Shown here one piece after another: positions 39,382 to 51,059 of a DNA stretch of 64,000 bases; positions within the stretch are counted from its first letter, which is position 1, and each line of letters begins with the position of its first letter. The stretch lies in assembly GCF_006345805.1 (NCBI RefSeq), contig NC_043001.1, positions 56,854,001 through 56,918,000 on the forward strand, in the 5' to 3' direction. Source of the stretch: Octopus sinensis (taxonomy: Eukaryota). The notes beneath the pieces were generated by a model that was not told the origin of the DNA, made no database searches, and worked only from the letters and a program-made list of their open reading frames with translations. Position numbers and translations under genes: made by a program.

Positions 39382-39455
39382 TTTGCTAAATAATTTTCCC
39401 ATTCTTCCTCGCCTTCTTTTCTTTTTGTGTGGATTAAGGTCCCCAATGCATTGGC
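39382..39455 (-). CDS. Candidate internal exon of the unidentified gene
   Basis: Acceptor catgtttcag|GCC, reading ANALGTLIHTKRKEGEEEWENYLA. The donor AA|gtattc gives phase 2, matching the next exon. Confidence 0.45.
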
Positions 39456-39567
39456 CTGAAACATGTAGGATATGAACTCTTATTGTCATATCCTGCGTGT
39501 TATTAGTGCTGTCTTGTACTCCCAACCAGTCACCACATAACAATTTTGTGGCCCTCAAGAGTCTTAC

Positions 39568-39671
39568 CTGGTTGTCGTTACACATTTCACACAACAGCCA
39601 TTCAGCCTTTCGTAGGTATTTTCTGTAGGGTACTAACACCAATAAAGTTGACACTGTATTATTACATCCCT
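39568..39671 (-). CDS. Candidate internal exon of the unidentified gene
   Basis: Acceptor ggcatcatag|AG and donor CAG|gtaaga, reading GCNNTVSTLLVLVPYRKYLRKAEWLLCEMCNDNQ. Phase 0 matches the next exon. Confidence 0.5.
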
Positions 39672-40393
39672 CTATGATGCCAAATAGGAAAAGTGAAACA
39701 AAATCTATAGGACAAGATGATGGTACCTTTTTTTATTATTAACTCACGATCAAAATTGACCAAGCATATCTATGAGCTTTTTGCTCATAGATATGCTCAT
39801 GACACTCTTGTCCGTTCTTCGTTTTTAGTCTGAGTGTAACTTGAACTACTTTATTCAGTCTATAAACTAATTCTTTTTCCCTTTAAGATGGAAGGTTGTG
39901 ATTCAAGATTCTTTTAATTAATATTTCTACCGACCATGTAGAAGCTTCTTTATTTGTTCGCACAGATGATTCTCGGCAGATATGTTGTAATTATGGTTAG
40001 GGCAATGGAATCACTATATCTTATTTTATCTAATATAAAGGAAATTTCAGTGTTTTGAGGAGTTTACTACATAAGGGTAATTAATCTACTGGGTTATATA
40101 TAAGACAAGAAAAGTTGCAGAATCATTCCAGAATTTTATTTTCATTACAGTGAAAGCCTATTGAGATATATGTTATGTTTCTTTTTTAAATTTTTGTTAG
40201 AGTCACCTTCATTGATTGTCCTTCACTTGTTTTTATATTCAGTTATGATAAAAAGCAATTTTACGTTAATCTGTGGGGTTACGCCATTCTGTTGCAGAGT
40301 ACAAATTTATTATTCTTTAACAAGAATAGTATTGACAATGATTTTGAAGTTTCGGCCAGGTAAAATCATCATTGGCTTACATGTATGTATATA

Positions 40394-41130
40394 TGAGGGC
40401 AAGTCAAAAATTATATGCACTCCTTTTTCTGTAATTTATTAAAGTAATAAAATCAGCGATCGAAAAATTACATCAATTTTCGAAATGCACTTCTTCCAGC
40501 GGTCTACAAGATTGCTTATTCCATAGAAGGGTTTTCGGCAGGTCTTGCAACCAGTTCCTGCACTTCTTCGACTATAGCAAATCGACGATATCGTTAAGGA
40601 TGTGTGAGCAGTCCAAACAGGGTATAGTTGAAAAGTACGAGATCTGAACAGTATGTTACAGCAACGCGATATCCAATTTTTCAATAGTTTAAACGGTGTG
40701 GACAACCGTATATAGGTGTGTATTGTCGCGCAAAAATAACACTTGTTTGACAATAGACTTCGGCGGTTGGTGTGAATTGCTGGCTTCAGTTTGTCGGTTA
40801 GCATTTGACTGTAGTCTACACTGGTAATTCTGGCTTTTTCCACTTTTACTCTGCCTTTTAAATTCTCGCACGAAGAAATAGATTCAGGTCTCATCTCCTA
40901 TGTCTATTCTTCATCTTCATCTTCATCGTTGTAGAGGTTGAATACATGCTGACAGATCTCCACACAATTACGTTTATTCCCTTCGAGATGCGAAATGGTG
41001 TAAGGGTCACGATTCGAAAAGTGGCTACATTTCATGTTTGATATTGTCCTTTTTCTCAATTTTACTCGTAACACACCCACGCAGATAATTTTTGTGGTAT
41101 TAGAACATTTATCTTCCACGTATGCACGTT
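40394..41130 (-). pseudogene. Mariner transposase remnant with one TIR
   Basis: Translates to NCVEICQH..IDIGDET*I (IVTGDETW), YSQMLTDKLKPAIHTNRR and FYGISNLVDRWKKCI. A TA followed by the TIR-like tgagggcaagtcaaaaattat starts at 40392. Confidence 0.85.
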
Positions 41131-41222
41131 AAGTTATGCTAATCCTGTATTTCTAGGCTCATGTGGAAAGTAATCGGGAACTGAGGATTCATGATTAACC
41201 CGTAAGACGTTTTCACTTTATG

Positions 41223-41256
<34 letters not shown>

Positions 41257-41335
41257 TGTATGTATGTATGTATGCATGCATGCATATATGTATGTGTATC
41301 TATACACACATCAGTGTGTGTGTTTGTGTGTGTGT

Positions 41336-41382
<47 letters not shown>

Positions 41383-43254
41383 TTTATGGGTGTGTGTGAA
41401 TGTACATAAACCAATATATATCATTATTATATAACCAATACTCAATAAATGATGTATATGAATGTATATGTAAGATCGAATTTTCCATGGGGGTAATTTT
41501 AAAGTTCCATAATTCGTTAAATAATCTCTTATTTTTACCAATAATTAACATTACAAAAGAAATAAATAAATTACAAAGGCAACGAATGGAAAATGAAACC
41601 TTTTCTATTTCATTTTATATGTAAACAGAAACTTAACTAATCCCAAAACTCTTCAGGAAAATTGAAACATCTGCTGAAAGATGAAGCAAAAATATAAAAA
41701 TTTAGTAAAAATAACAATGTGTATTTCTTCTGATCAATGACAAAGGTGAGAGAGGGAGGGAGAGAGAGCGGGAGAGAGGGAGGGATAGAAAGGTATATTT
41801 GATCGATAGCTTAATGTCTTCTTTCTTCCCTCTCCTTCCTCTCCCTTCTCTCCTTTCCTTGACCGCTCTCCTTCCCTTTCACTCTGTCTTCTATTTTAAG
41901 TTTTTCGGCGGATAAAACTATTTGCTTAGAAAACAACTTATTGATATATCAACTCGTTTAGTAATATTCATTTACACTGGTATAAGCATTGTCCCATATT
42001 GTGGTCATAGGGAATACATCTTTCTTAGGATGCATTTAGGCGATTTTTAATAATGGTGTACAGCTGTCAATAATCAAGGAGGTCAAAATAAACTACTCGA
42101 TTTAGAAGAAACTGCTGGTAATTTGTTGGTCTGCTACGCAGCCATGGAGGAAAATTCGATTCGTTAAACTTCATAAAATGAATAGATTCTGTTCTCTAAT
42201 CTGAAAGGAATACAATTCGAGCACATCGTGTTCGCATCACTGATGAAGAAGAATATTGCTTGACAAACGATCTGGGGGAAAATATCGGACAAAATATCAT
42301 TCTTTCTTTCTTTTTACCACATCCAAATTCATTATTTTCGATTTAAGGATGGGCTACTACAAAGTTGTCTGACATCCTAGAAATAACAACCATATCTCCT
42401 TAGATCACAGTTACCTGGTTTAAAAGGTGAAAAGTTGTATTTCATCGTGTGTTCTAGATATATCTTATTTGAATAGAAAGCAAAATGCTCAAATTATAAC
42501 TGTTGTACACTTGAACAGAGGCCTGCATTATCAAAGATTATCTGGTGCTAAGTTACAAAATCCTTAAGAACGGTCAAAATAACCACGTAATTAAGAATGA
42601 ACAGAGGTTTGAAATCATTTTATTTAGGAAAGACCTATATGCGTATTACAAATCTATATTTTGTCTATATTTGTTACACATTGGCTTAGTACATATATAA
42701 TTGTGAAAAATATATTTTATTTCAGTACGCAAGCTGCAGAATATTTTCCTCTCTGATGAAGTAATTTATTCTAAAGAGTAGTAATTTTCTCTCCCTGTGG
42801 TCCATGAATTTATCCAAAGACTCAGCACTTTTTCTTTTGTTATCCAATTAGATAAAAATATACTGAGAAAAAGAAACATGGCTGAGAGGGAGAGAAAAAG
42901 ATAGAAATAGAAGGATGTATATAACGTGTAGTAAAGAAAACATGGTGAAGGGAACAGTTTAGGATAACTTGATAAAGAAAACTTAATAGAGAAATAAAGA
43001 GAGAACGAGATGCAAAAGTCAGAAAATAGAGGATATGTATGCAGACGCATACATAAAAAAGGAAGAGAAAGAGAGAGAGAGAGAGAGAGCTAGAAGAAGA
43101 GAGAAAAAGAGAGAAAGAGAGAGAAAGAGAGAAAAAGACAGAAAGAGAAAAAGTGATTCAATATTTATTGATAAAAATAGAGAAAGATGAGAGAGTGAAA
43201 CAACAAGAAATGTAGACAAGAATTAAATAAGAAGCTCAATAATGATTATAAGAG

Positions 43255-43815
43255 AGGCTAAATCGATTACAGTGACCCCCAGTACATAATTGATACTTAT
43301 CTTATCGACCTCGAAGAAATGAAAAGCAAAGTCGACCACCGCAGAATTTGAACTCACAACATGAAGACAGACGAAATCTCGCTAAGTATTTTGCCCAGCG
43401 TGTTAACGGTTCTATCAGCTCACCACCTTATATTAAACCATTTGAGTGCTGATGGTATTCTTGAAGTATCTAATCTCCAAATAGTTCTATCCTTTTACGC
43501 CAACCAATTAGGCAAGTACAGTAAAAATAATGTTTTGTTGATGTGGTTACAGCATAATATTGGGTGATAGATTAAGATAATATTGGGGATTGGCAAGGCG
43601 GCGAGCTAGTACAATCGTCTTTAGCAGGCCGGGCACAAAGCTTAGCGTCATTTCGTCCGTCTTTTGTACTCTGAATTCAAATTCTGCCGAGGATAACTTT
43701 GCTTTTCATCCCCTTGGGATCGAGAAAATAAACACCGGTTGGAATCGACTTATCTCCTCCCCAGAAATTTCTAGAAATTGTGTCAAAATTTGGTTGTTGA
43801 CATTTATGATACTGT
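43255..43815. mobile_element. Two SINE family B copies (minus 43255-43430, plus 43595-43815)
   Basis: Same conserved body as 9037-9260. A further copy lies at ~44790-44985 (+). Confidence 0.7.
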
Positions 43816-43907
43816 TTTCTTCGCTACAAATTTATATATAGTTGTTTTGTGCATTTTAAATATCTTAAAACTGGTTCACATTCAAATAGAACAGCTTGAC
43901 TATGTAC

Positions 43908-44075
43908 TGAAGCAATAAACTGTCGAGAAGACAAGCGGTGGTAGGTTTATTCTTTCCTTAGAAAGAAAACATGTCAATATCTTCAATCAACAACTGTTTC
44001 AAGATCGTTTCAGCAATACTTTCTTGACAGGTTGTCTTGCTGGCTGCTATGGCAACTAGTATTAAATACTTAAAC
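43908..44075 (-). CDS. Candidate exon of the unidentified gene (needs one indel)
   Basis: Acceptor gagtgcag|G, reading FKYLILVAIAASKTTCQESIAETILKQLLIEDIDMF. Removing one T from a TTTT run continues LSKERINLPPLVFSTVYCF to donor A|gtacat in phase 1, matching the 39671 exon. Confidence 0.4.
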
Positions 44076-44552
44076 CTGCACTCAATTACAAGTCACAAAG
44101 GTTACTTCACTTGGCAGTTAAGAATTACAGTGATCTGTTTTCAAATCCCAGGAGATACATCCTGTGGCTTTCGGAAAGAGACATAGATATAGTTTAAGTG
44201 GAGATGCAGCTTTGTTTATCAAGATGTCAATGTAAATAGATCATTGGTAGAATATATAGAGACGAAATTCAGTTATCTTGTGGTTCTGTTTAAATACAAT
44301 AGTAAGTAGGCTAAGCAGCCCAGAGATAAAAGAAAAAAAGAAGGATGCATGTATGAACATATATAACAAAAATAATTGAAAATTATCGTAAGTTGTCAAT
44401 ACTGTCTTATGACAAAATCTGTACGAAGTTGGTTAGCATTGTGATATTCACCAAAGCATTCTTTTTATGTCACAGCAAGAAACATGATGTGAAGTCTCGC
44501 TGGCACAATTGTAGTGCTATACACACCGTCACGTATATCTGAGTGTGTGTGT

Positions 44553-44592
<40 letters not shown>

Positions 44593-45362
44593 TGTGCGTG
44601 TGTGTGCGTGTGTGTTGTTTCTGCATACATTTATCGATAAAGAATTATCTTTTCCTGAATATAAATAATTGTTTGTTAAGTTCTTAAACGTTTTCCGATT
44701 TCGAAATCCGATGGTGTGGAATTTGTCTTTTATTTTTTAGAAATTAATAATGGTTCCAAAAGATACCGAGTTCGAATATTTCTATTGAAATTGCTACACT
44801 TGGGGAAATGCTTAGCGGTATTTCGTCCGTCTTTACGTTCTGGCTTAAAACTCTGCCGAGGCCAACTTTGCCTTTCATCCTTTCAGGGTCGAAATAAGTA
44901 CCCATTGAACATTACGGTCGTTGTGATCGACTTACTCCCTCCCCTGGATTTGGTGTCCTTGTACCAAAAATTGAAATCAATATGCATTTATATTGAAAAA
45001 ATAGACCACACAATGCAAAGCGCTAGACTATATTGCTAACAGAATATAATTTCCGTCCACTTCCTGTTGCGTTCCTATAATGTTTAGCTCTATATTCAGT
45101 AATATCGAAGCACTAATATAAGTATGTTTTAATACATATTTGTCTTGGAGCCGATAGAATTGACAACGACCTTCGCCAACATATAAACCTATACTGTTGT
45201 GATACTTTCATGCGTGTAAAATGAAGGAAAAAGAGAGATACCTGATAATAATAATAATAATAATAATAATGATGATGATGATGATGATGATGATGATAAT
45301 AATAATGACAATGATAATAATAATAATAAACAAAAATAGCAGGAATTATATATATATTATAT

Positions 45363-45421
<59 letters not shown>

Positions 45422-45424
<3 letters not shown>

Positions 45425-47193
45425 GGTATGTAGAAAAATACAACATGGACAAGAACGTATAACTCATAGAAGACGATACAATAAACATGGACAGGACATT
45501 CGAACCCCTCAGTCTTCAGTCAAGAACCGGATCATCGTAGTAATTTCGGCTGATTAATCTTGAGATTACTAGATCACGGCCAGCCCTCCAAGAAAAACTA
45601 AGCTGGAAGCGTAGATTTCCTGGAAGAAGGATCGAATGCATACGAACACCAGGACAGCAAAAGGGACAGATATAAAAAAAACAAAAAACAATAATGGAAT
45701 ACAGAAACATGAAATACAGAAGCATTAACGGTGAAAACAACAAGTGTCTTACGACTGATAACAAGCAAACAAATTTTTTCTCTGGCGCATTGGAAAAAGC
45801 CTTTATAGCGGCGGACGAAGAACAACGATGTTAACACGACGAGGGTCAGGAGCTGAAAGGCAGATTTCGGCCAACAGTCACGTGACAGAGAAGAGAGAGA
45901 GAGAAAAGGGGGACAAAACGCAACAAAGAGAGAGAAGAGAGAGAAAGAAGGAATCAGAGAGGAGAAGGGATGGGTGTCGAAGAATGACCTGTGAGTGCAG
46001 AGCGAGACAAAGAAACAGGAGGGTAGTGGAAGACTAGACCAAAGGATCAGAGGAAAGAGAAGATGAATAGAGAGAAAGTAAAAATGAGAGAGAGAGAGAG
46101 ACAAACAGAGAGTCGTACCAATTATTAAGAATATGTGTTCACATTAATGATAAAGGGGGTACGGGGCGCCTGGAATATATGTTAAGGTATGTAGAAAAAT
46201 ACAACATGGACAAGAACGTATAACTCATAGAAGACGATACAATAAACATGGACAGGACATTCGAACCCCTCAGTCTTCAGTCAAGAACTGGATCATCGTA
46301 GTAATTTCGGCTGATTAATCTTGAGATTACTAGATCACGGCCAGCCCTCCAAGAAAAACTAAGCTGGAAGCGTAGATTCCTGGAAGAAGGATCGAATGCA
46401 TACGAACACCAGGACAGCAAAAGGGACAGATATAAAAAAAACAAAAAACAATAATGGAATACAGAAACATGAAATACAGAAGCATTAACGGTGAAAACAA
46501 CAAGTGTCTTACGACTGATAACAAGCAAACAAATTTTTTCTCTGGCGCATTGGAAAAAGCCTTTATAGCGGCGGACGAAGAACAACGATGTTAACACGAC
46601 GAGGGTCAGGAGCTGAAAGGCAGATTTCGGCCAACAGTCACGTGACAGAGAAGAGAGAGAGAGAGAAAAGGGGGACAAAACGCAACAAAGAGAGAGAAGA
46701 GAGAGAAAGAAGGAATCAGAGAGGAGAAGGGATGGGTGTCGAAGAATGACCTGTGAGTGCAGAGCGAGACAAAGAAACAGGAGGGTAGTGGAAGACTAGA
46801 CCAAAGGATCAGAGGAAAGAGAAGATGAATAGAGAGAAAGTAAAAATGAGAGAGAGAGAGAGACAAACAGAGAGTCGTACCAATTATTAAGAATATGTGT
46901 TCACATTAATGATAAAGGGGGTACGGGGCGCCTGGAATATATGTTAAGGTATGTAGAAAAATACAACATGGACAAGAACGTATAACTCATAGAAGACGAT
47001 ACAATAAACATGGACAGGACATTCGAACCCCTCAGTCTTCAGTCAAGAACCGGATCATCGTAGTAATTTCGGCTGATTAATCTTGAGATTACTAGATCAC
47101 GGCCAGCCCTCCAAGAAAAACTAAGCTGGAAGCGTAGATTTCCTGGAAGAAGGATCGAATGCATACGAACACCAGGACAGCAAAAGGGACAGA
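45422..47193. repeat. ~761-bp tandem repeat, ~2.3 copies, bounded by microsatellites
   Basis: taaggtatgtagaaaaatacaacatgg occurs at ~45422, 46183 and 46944. It begins after (TA)n and ends in (CATA)n. Confidence 0.93.
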
Positions 47194-47241
47194 TATACAC
47201 ATACATACATACATACATACATACATACATACATACATACA

Positions 47242-47274
<33 letters not shown>

Positions 47275-47284
47275 TATATATATA

Positions 47285-47324
<40 letters not shown>

Positions 47325-47326
<2 letters not shown>

Positions 47327-48158
47327 TGAGACCTACTGCAGAGCTTTTGATATCGAGCTCCGTCAGCATAGTCTGAAGTTGATCCGTGTTTTCAGCGATG
47401 AGTACGATATCGTCAACGAAATGGAGGTGGGTGAAGAGCTCGCCATTGATGTTGACACCGCCTTGCAGTAGGTTTCAAGATGTACCGCATGAAAACAAAG
47501 TTCATGCGGTCAAGACAACGTACCAACAGGTCGAATGGTGATCGGCAGTGATGAAATAGAGGAGGTAAAATAATATGTCTACCTGGGACAGGAAGTGAAT
47601 ATGTGCTGAGATATCGAAAAGGAGATCTCACGGAGAGTAAGGGCCGGATGGAAGGCGTTTAATGGCATAAGGGATGTGCTCAAAGGAAGGTTGGACAGGA
47701 CCACCCGCGCCAACCTCATTAACAGTGCAGTTCTACAGGCAATGTTATATGGTAGTGAACCATGGGCTACCACAAAGACAGAAGAACAGAGACTGGTAAC
47801 GGCTCAAAGAGCCATGGAAAGGTCAATGCTTGGTATCTCGTTGAGAGAGCACATCAGAAGCGAGATCATCAGAAAGAAGTCCGGCGTGAGAGACGTCATC
47901 GCAGAGTATACACGCAGCAAGTATAGATGGGCTGGACACGTCGCCCGGCTCTCCGATAATCGGTGGACCCACGCAGTTGTCGAGTGGTACCCGCGCGAGC
48001 GGAAAAGACCACCAAGAAGACCTCCACGACGGTGAAGTTACGATTTCAGGAGGACGATTGGGATCACGTGGATGAGAAAGGCGCGATTCAGAGAGGAGTG
48101 GACAGCGTGGTGTCAAATGGACGCCTGACGGACTGGTCGGTTAAGGTGATCAAGGTGA
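47325..48158 (+). mobile_element. 5'-truncated RTE LINE with inverted 5' segment
   Basis: The plus part translates to AVGFKM..YVYLGQ..EISRRVRAGWKAF..AMLYGSEPW..RWAGHVARLSDNRW..WYPRERKR. The minus part (47325-47463) translates to [45 protein letters not shown]. The tail is taaggtgatcaaggtgat and both flanks are (TA)n. Confidence 0.92.
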
Positions 48159-48319
48159 TTTATATATTTATATATATATATATATATATAATATATATAT
48201 ATATATAGTGGTTGTCTACTCCTTATGCAGGGTTCGACCACCTCCTGTAACTACACCTTAGAAACATCATGACATCTGATGTGACTTTTTAAACCAGGCA
48301 ATGTTCTGAAAAGACACCC

Positions 48320-49100
48320 TCATAAATTGCACCGCCGATTTAGACCACCAAGAGCTGCAGATACGTTCTGCTCTTTGTGGATCATAAAATGTCTCTTGAG
48401 GCCTCCGTTGGATTTTTTGCAAACCTGGCATGCACTGCATTCAAAGGTGTGCACAGTCATAGAGACCGAATAGTTGGTGGAGGTTTGTTTTCCATGCGTT
48501 CGCAGATGAGATTTGAGGCCAGCAAAAGACAGGCATGATCTGTCACAGACTGTGCGCACAAAATGTTCATTGCCATAAACCTTCTCGATCGTAACACTCT
48601 TCCTTAGATCTCTTTTGAGCCTTACTTGTGTTATCATGGCCTCTTTAAATGCTTTCACCCCACTCCACACTTTTGTTCACCATCCAACTCGATCCGAAGA
48701 AAGGGTTTCTATATCTTCTGGAACCATTCCCAATGACTTCATAGTCGTCCTTATGCCGTCCTTAAAACATTTTTTTAGATTTACGCCGATAGCGTTTCCC
48801 CTTTGCAAGCTCACCATAAAACAGCTGTTTCGGCATGCGTTCATCTACCGTTTGAACAATATGGCTACACCACCTCAACTGGTTCCTCAACATCATAGCT
48901 TTAGCTGAGGTGATGCCTGCAGATGGAAGGACATCTGTGTTTGGAGTAAAAGAACTCCATTTAAATTTTAAAACATGATGAAGGCATTTTTGGTGGAATT
49001 GTTCTAACAATTTAAAATGCCCTTCGTAACATGTGCAAGTTTCACAGGAATACAACAGAGATGGTAAGACAAATGATTTGAAAAGAGCCAGCTTTATATC
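48320..49100 (-). mobile_element. RTE (BovB-like) LINE 3' fragment with two C2H2-like zinc fingers
   Basis: Translates to VLPSLLYSCET..LEQFHQKCL..NQLRWCSHI..DERMPKQLFYGELAKGKR, followed by VCDRSCLSFAGLKSHLRTH and CSACQVCKKSNGGLKRHFMIH. Confidence 0.88.
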
Positions 49101-49409
49101 ATTATGTATATGTCGCTGGCACCAAACACGTGTCTCCAAGCCATATATATGCTTGTGTCTTTGTGCACGTGTGTGTATGTAACGGAAACACATACTTTTG
49201 TAGTGGAGCGAACGTACAGATATGGGTAACTGACAGAAGTTGTGAGCAGCTATGATATGAAGTAATATCTTCCAGAGTATCATCAATCTCTAAGACAGGT
49301 GTGGCAATTCTTTCACCCGTGTCTCCACCGAAAAAACACAACATATGTACACATTATACACATACACAGGCATATATATTCTTTTATTCTTTTATGTTTT
49401 TATATTTGT

Positions 49410-49617
49410 TTCAGTTATTTAACTGTGGCATGCTGGAACACCACCTTTAGTCGAACAAATCAACCCCTGGACTTATTCTTCGTATGCCTAGTGCTTATTC
49501 TATCGTTTTTTTTTGCGGAACCGCTAAGTTATGGGGGCGTAAACACGCCATCATCGGTTGTCAAGCGATGTTGTGGGGACAAAGAAGGATACACAAACAT
49601 ATACACATATACATAAA

Positions 49618-49668
<51 letters not shown>

Positions 49669-49760
49669 TATATATATTCTACGGGCTTCTTTCAGTTTCC
49701 GTCTACCAAATCCACTCACAAGTATTTGCTCTCTCCAAGGCTACAGTAGAAGACACCTTA
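49410..49760 (-). mobile_element. SINE family A (head truncated) with internal (TA)n
   Basis: tttcagtttccgtctaccaaatccactcacaag..agtagaagacac is the reverse complement of the family A body. Confidence 0.8.
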
Positions 49761-49809
49761 TTTTATAATATCACATGATAATATTTGCCATAAGGTAATA
49801 CATAGAGGC

Positions 49810-50740
49810 GAAGGACAAGATCCAGCTTCCCGCTCCTACCGATCAACTCGGCAAAGTGCTTGTAAAGCGTCTCACACATCTCGTCCCATCCGTCGGTCGA
49901 ACTCCCATTGTCGTCAATCAGAGACTTAATTGTGGAATCATTGCCACCCTGGGTTTCTACCGCACGGGCCCATCCGGCAACATTAATTCCCTCACGGCCC
50001 AATGTTCGCACTTCAGCCCGAACTCTACATCTTTCATCTTTGGCTTTGAGGTGACGGTCCAAGGCCGTTCTCGCTGCCAAAATGTGGGATGCAGAGCCCA
50101 ACCTCAACGCCTCTTCTAAGTCCTTAACTAGTTTCCCTTCTATTCTGGCCTTATCTAGTCTTACATGACGGCTAAACGTAACATACTCAATACGAATGGC
50201 TCTCTTGAGGGCGAACCACAACCGGTTATTAACCACAGAGACGGTTAACACCCTCTGTACTAGTTCCTTAAGCCGGCTACGGTATGCCTCGCAAGTCAAA
50301 ATAGACTTTTCAGCTTCTAGTAACCGAATCCTCTCTTAACTGTACTATGTTCAGCTTACACTTGACCGAGTACCCGTGGGCCATTTCTTCTGTTTTAAAT
50401 CTAACCTCTACGGTCGCATAGGCTTTGACCCTGGCGATATAGGTAATAACCTTCCACACAGGGCAAGGCATTTTTCTATTTTATCCTTTTCGAAACGTTT
50501 AAGGCGTTTGCTTTCTGTGCAATACGCTTTAAACAGCACCGTTTACAAAACAAAACAAGTCAGTGGACTTGCTATTTGTTATTTTCTAATCTTTTTGGCC
50601 TTAATGGTCTTTTTTTCTCGTTTCTTATTTGTTTTGTCTTTTTCATCGGATCTCCTCTCTGTAGAGTTTTGTTTGCTCTCGGCCCTATATTCTCTACAAC
50701 TTTCGCGGGCAGCGCCAGCACAGGAAGTTCTGTCTTATCA
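49810..50740 (-). mobile_element. L1/Tx1-type LINE remnant (ORF1-like start joined to post-endonuclease ORF2 linker)
   Basis: Translates to GFGY*KL (cf. GYWKLN), then LWFALKRAIR..LEEALR..RVRA..REG..TIKSLID..EMCETLYKHFAELI. Upstream is TVLFKAY..IEKCL..ATVEVRFKTEEMA. Confidence 0.7.
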
Positions 50741-50932
50741 TTGAAGGTGCAAAACTGAGTAATACCATGTGATTGATATGTGATGAAGAATTAGGGACCT
50801 TCGGTGTCAGTCTCCAATTCGGTTGCACACTGAGTATACAGTGTACGCTTTTTAACCTGCCGTTGTTTACAATACATTTTCCAATTATTAAGTAACGGAA
50901 CGCAGCTCATCCCGGCTTTTATTAACAGTAAG

Positions 50933-50969
<37 letters not shown>

Positions 50970-51059
50970 TGAATACATAAATACATACATACATACATAC
51001 ATATATATGTGTGTGTGTGTGTGTGTGTGACACTGAAAGGGATAGAAGGCTAAACGATG

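Noticed and set aside
42236-42285. CTGATGA..caaaCGATCT, a possible hammerhead
   Set aside because: It has no GAAA, no stem II and no NUH triplet. At most it is a very old relic.
48815-48850. GAAACAGCTGTT on the minus strand matching the family 2 helix III
   Set aside because: It lies in the RTE coding motif DERMPKQLF and lacks CUGANGA, so it is coincidental.
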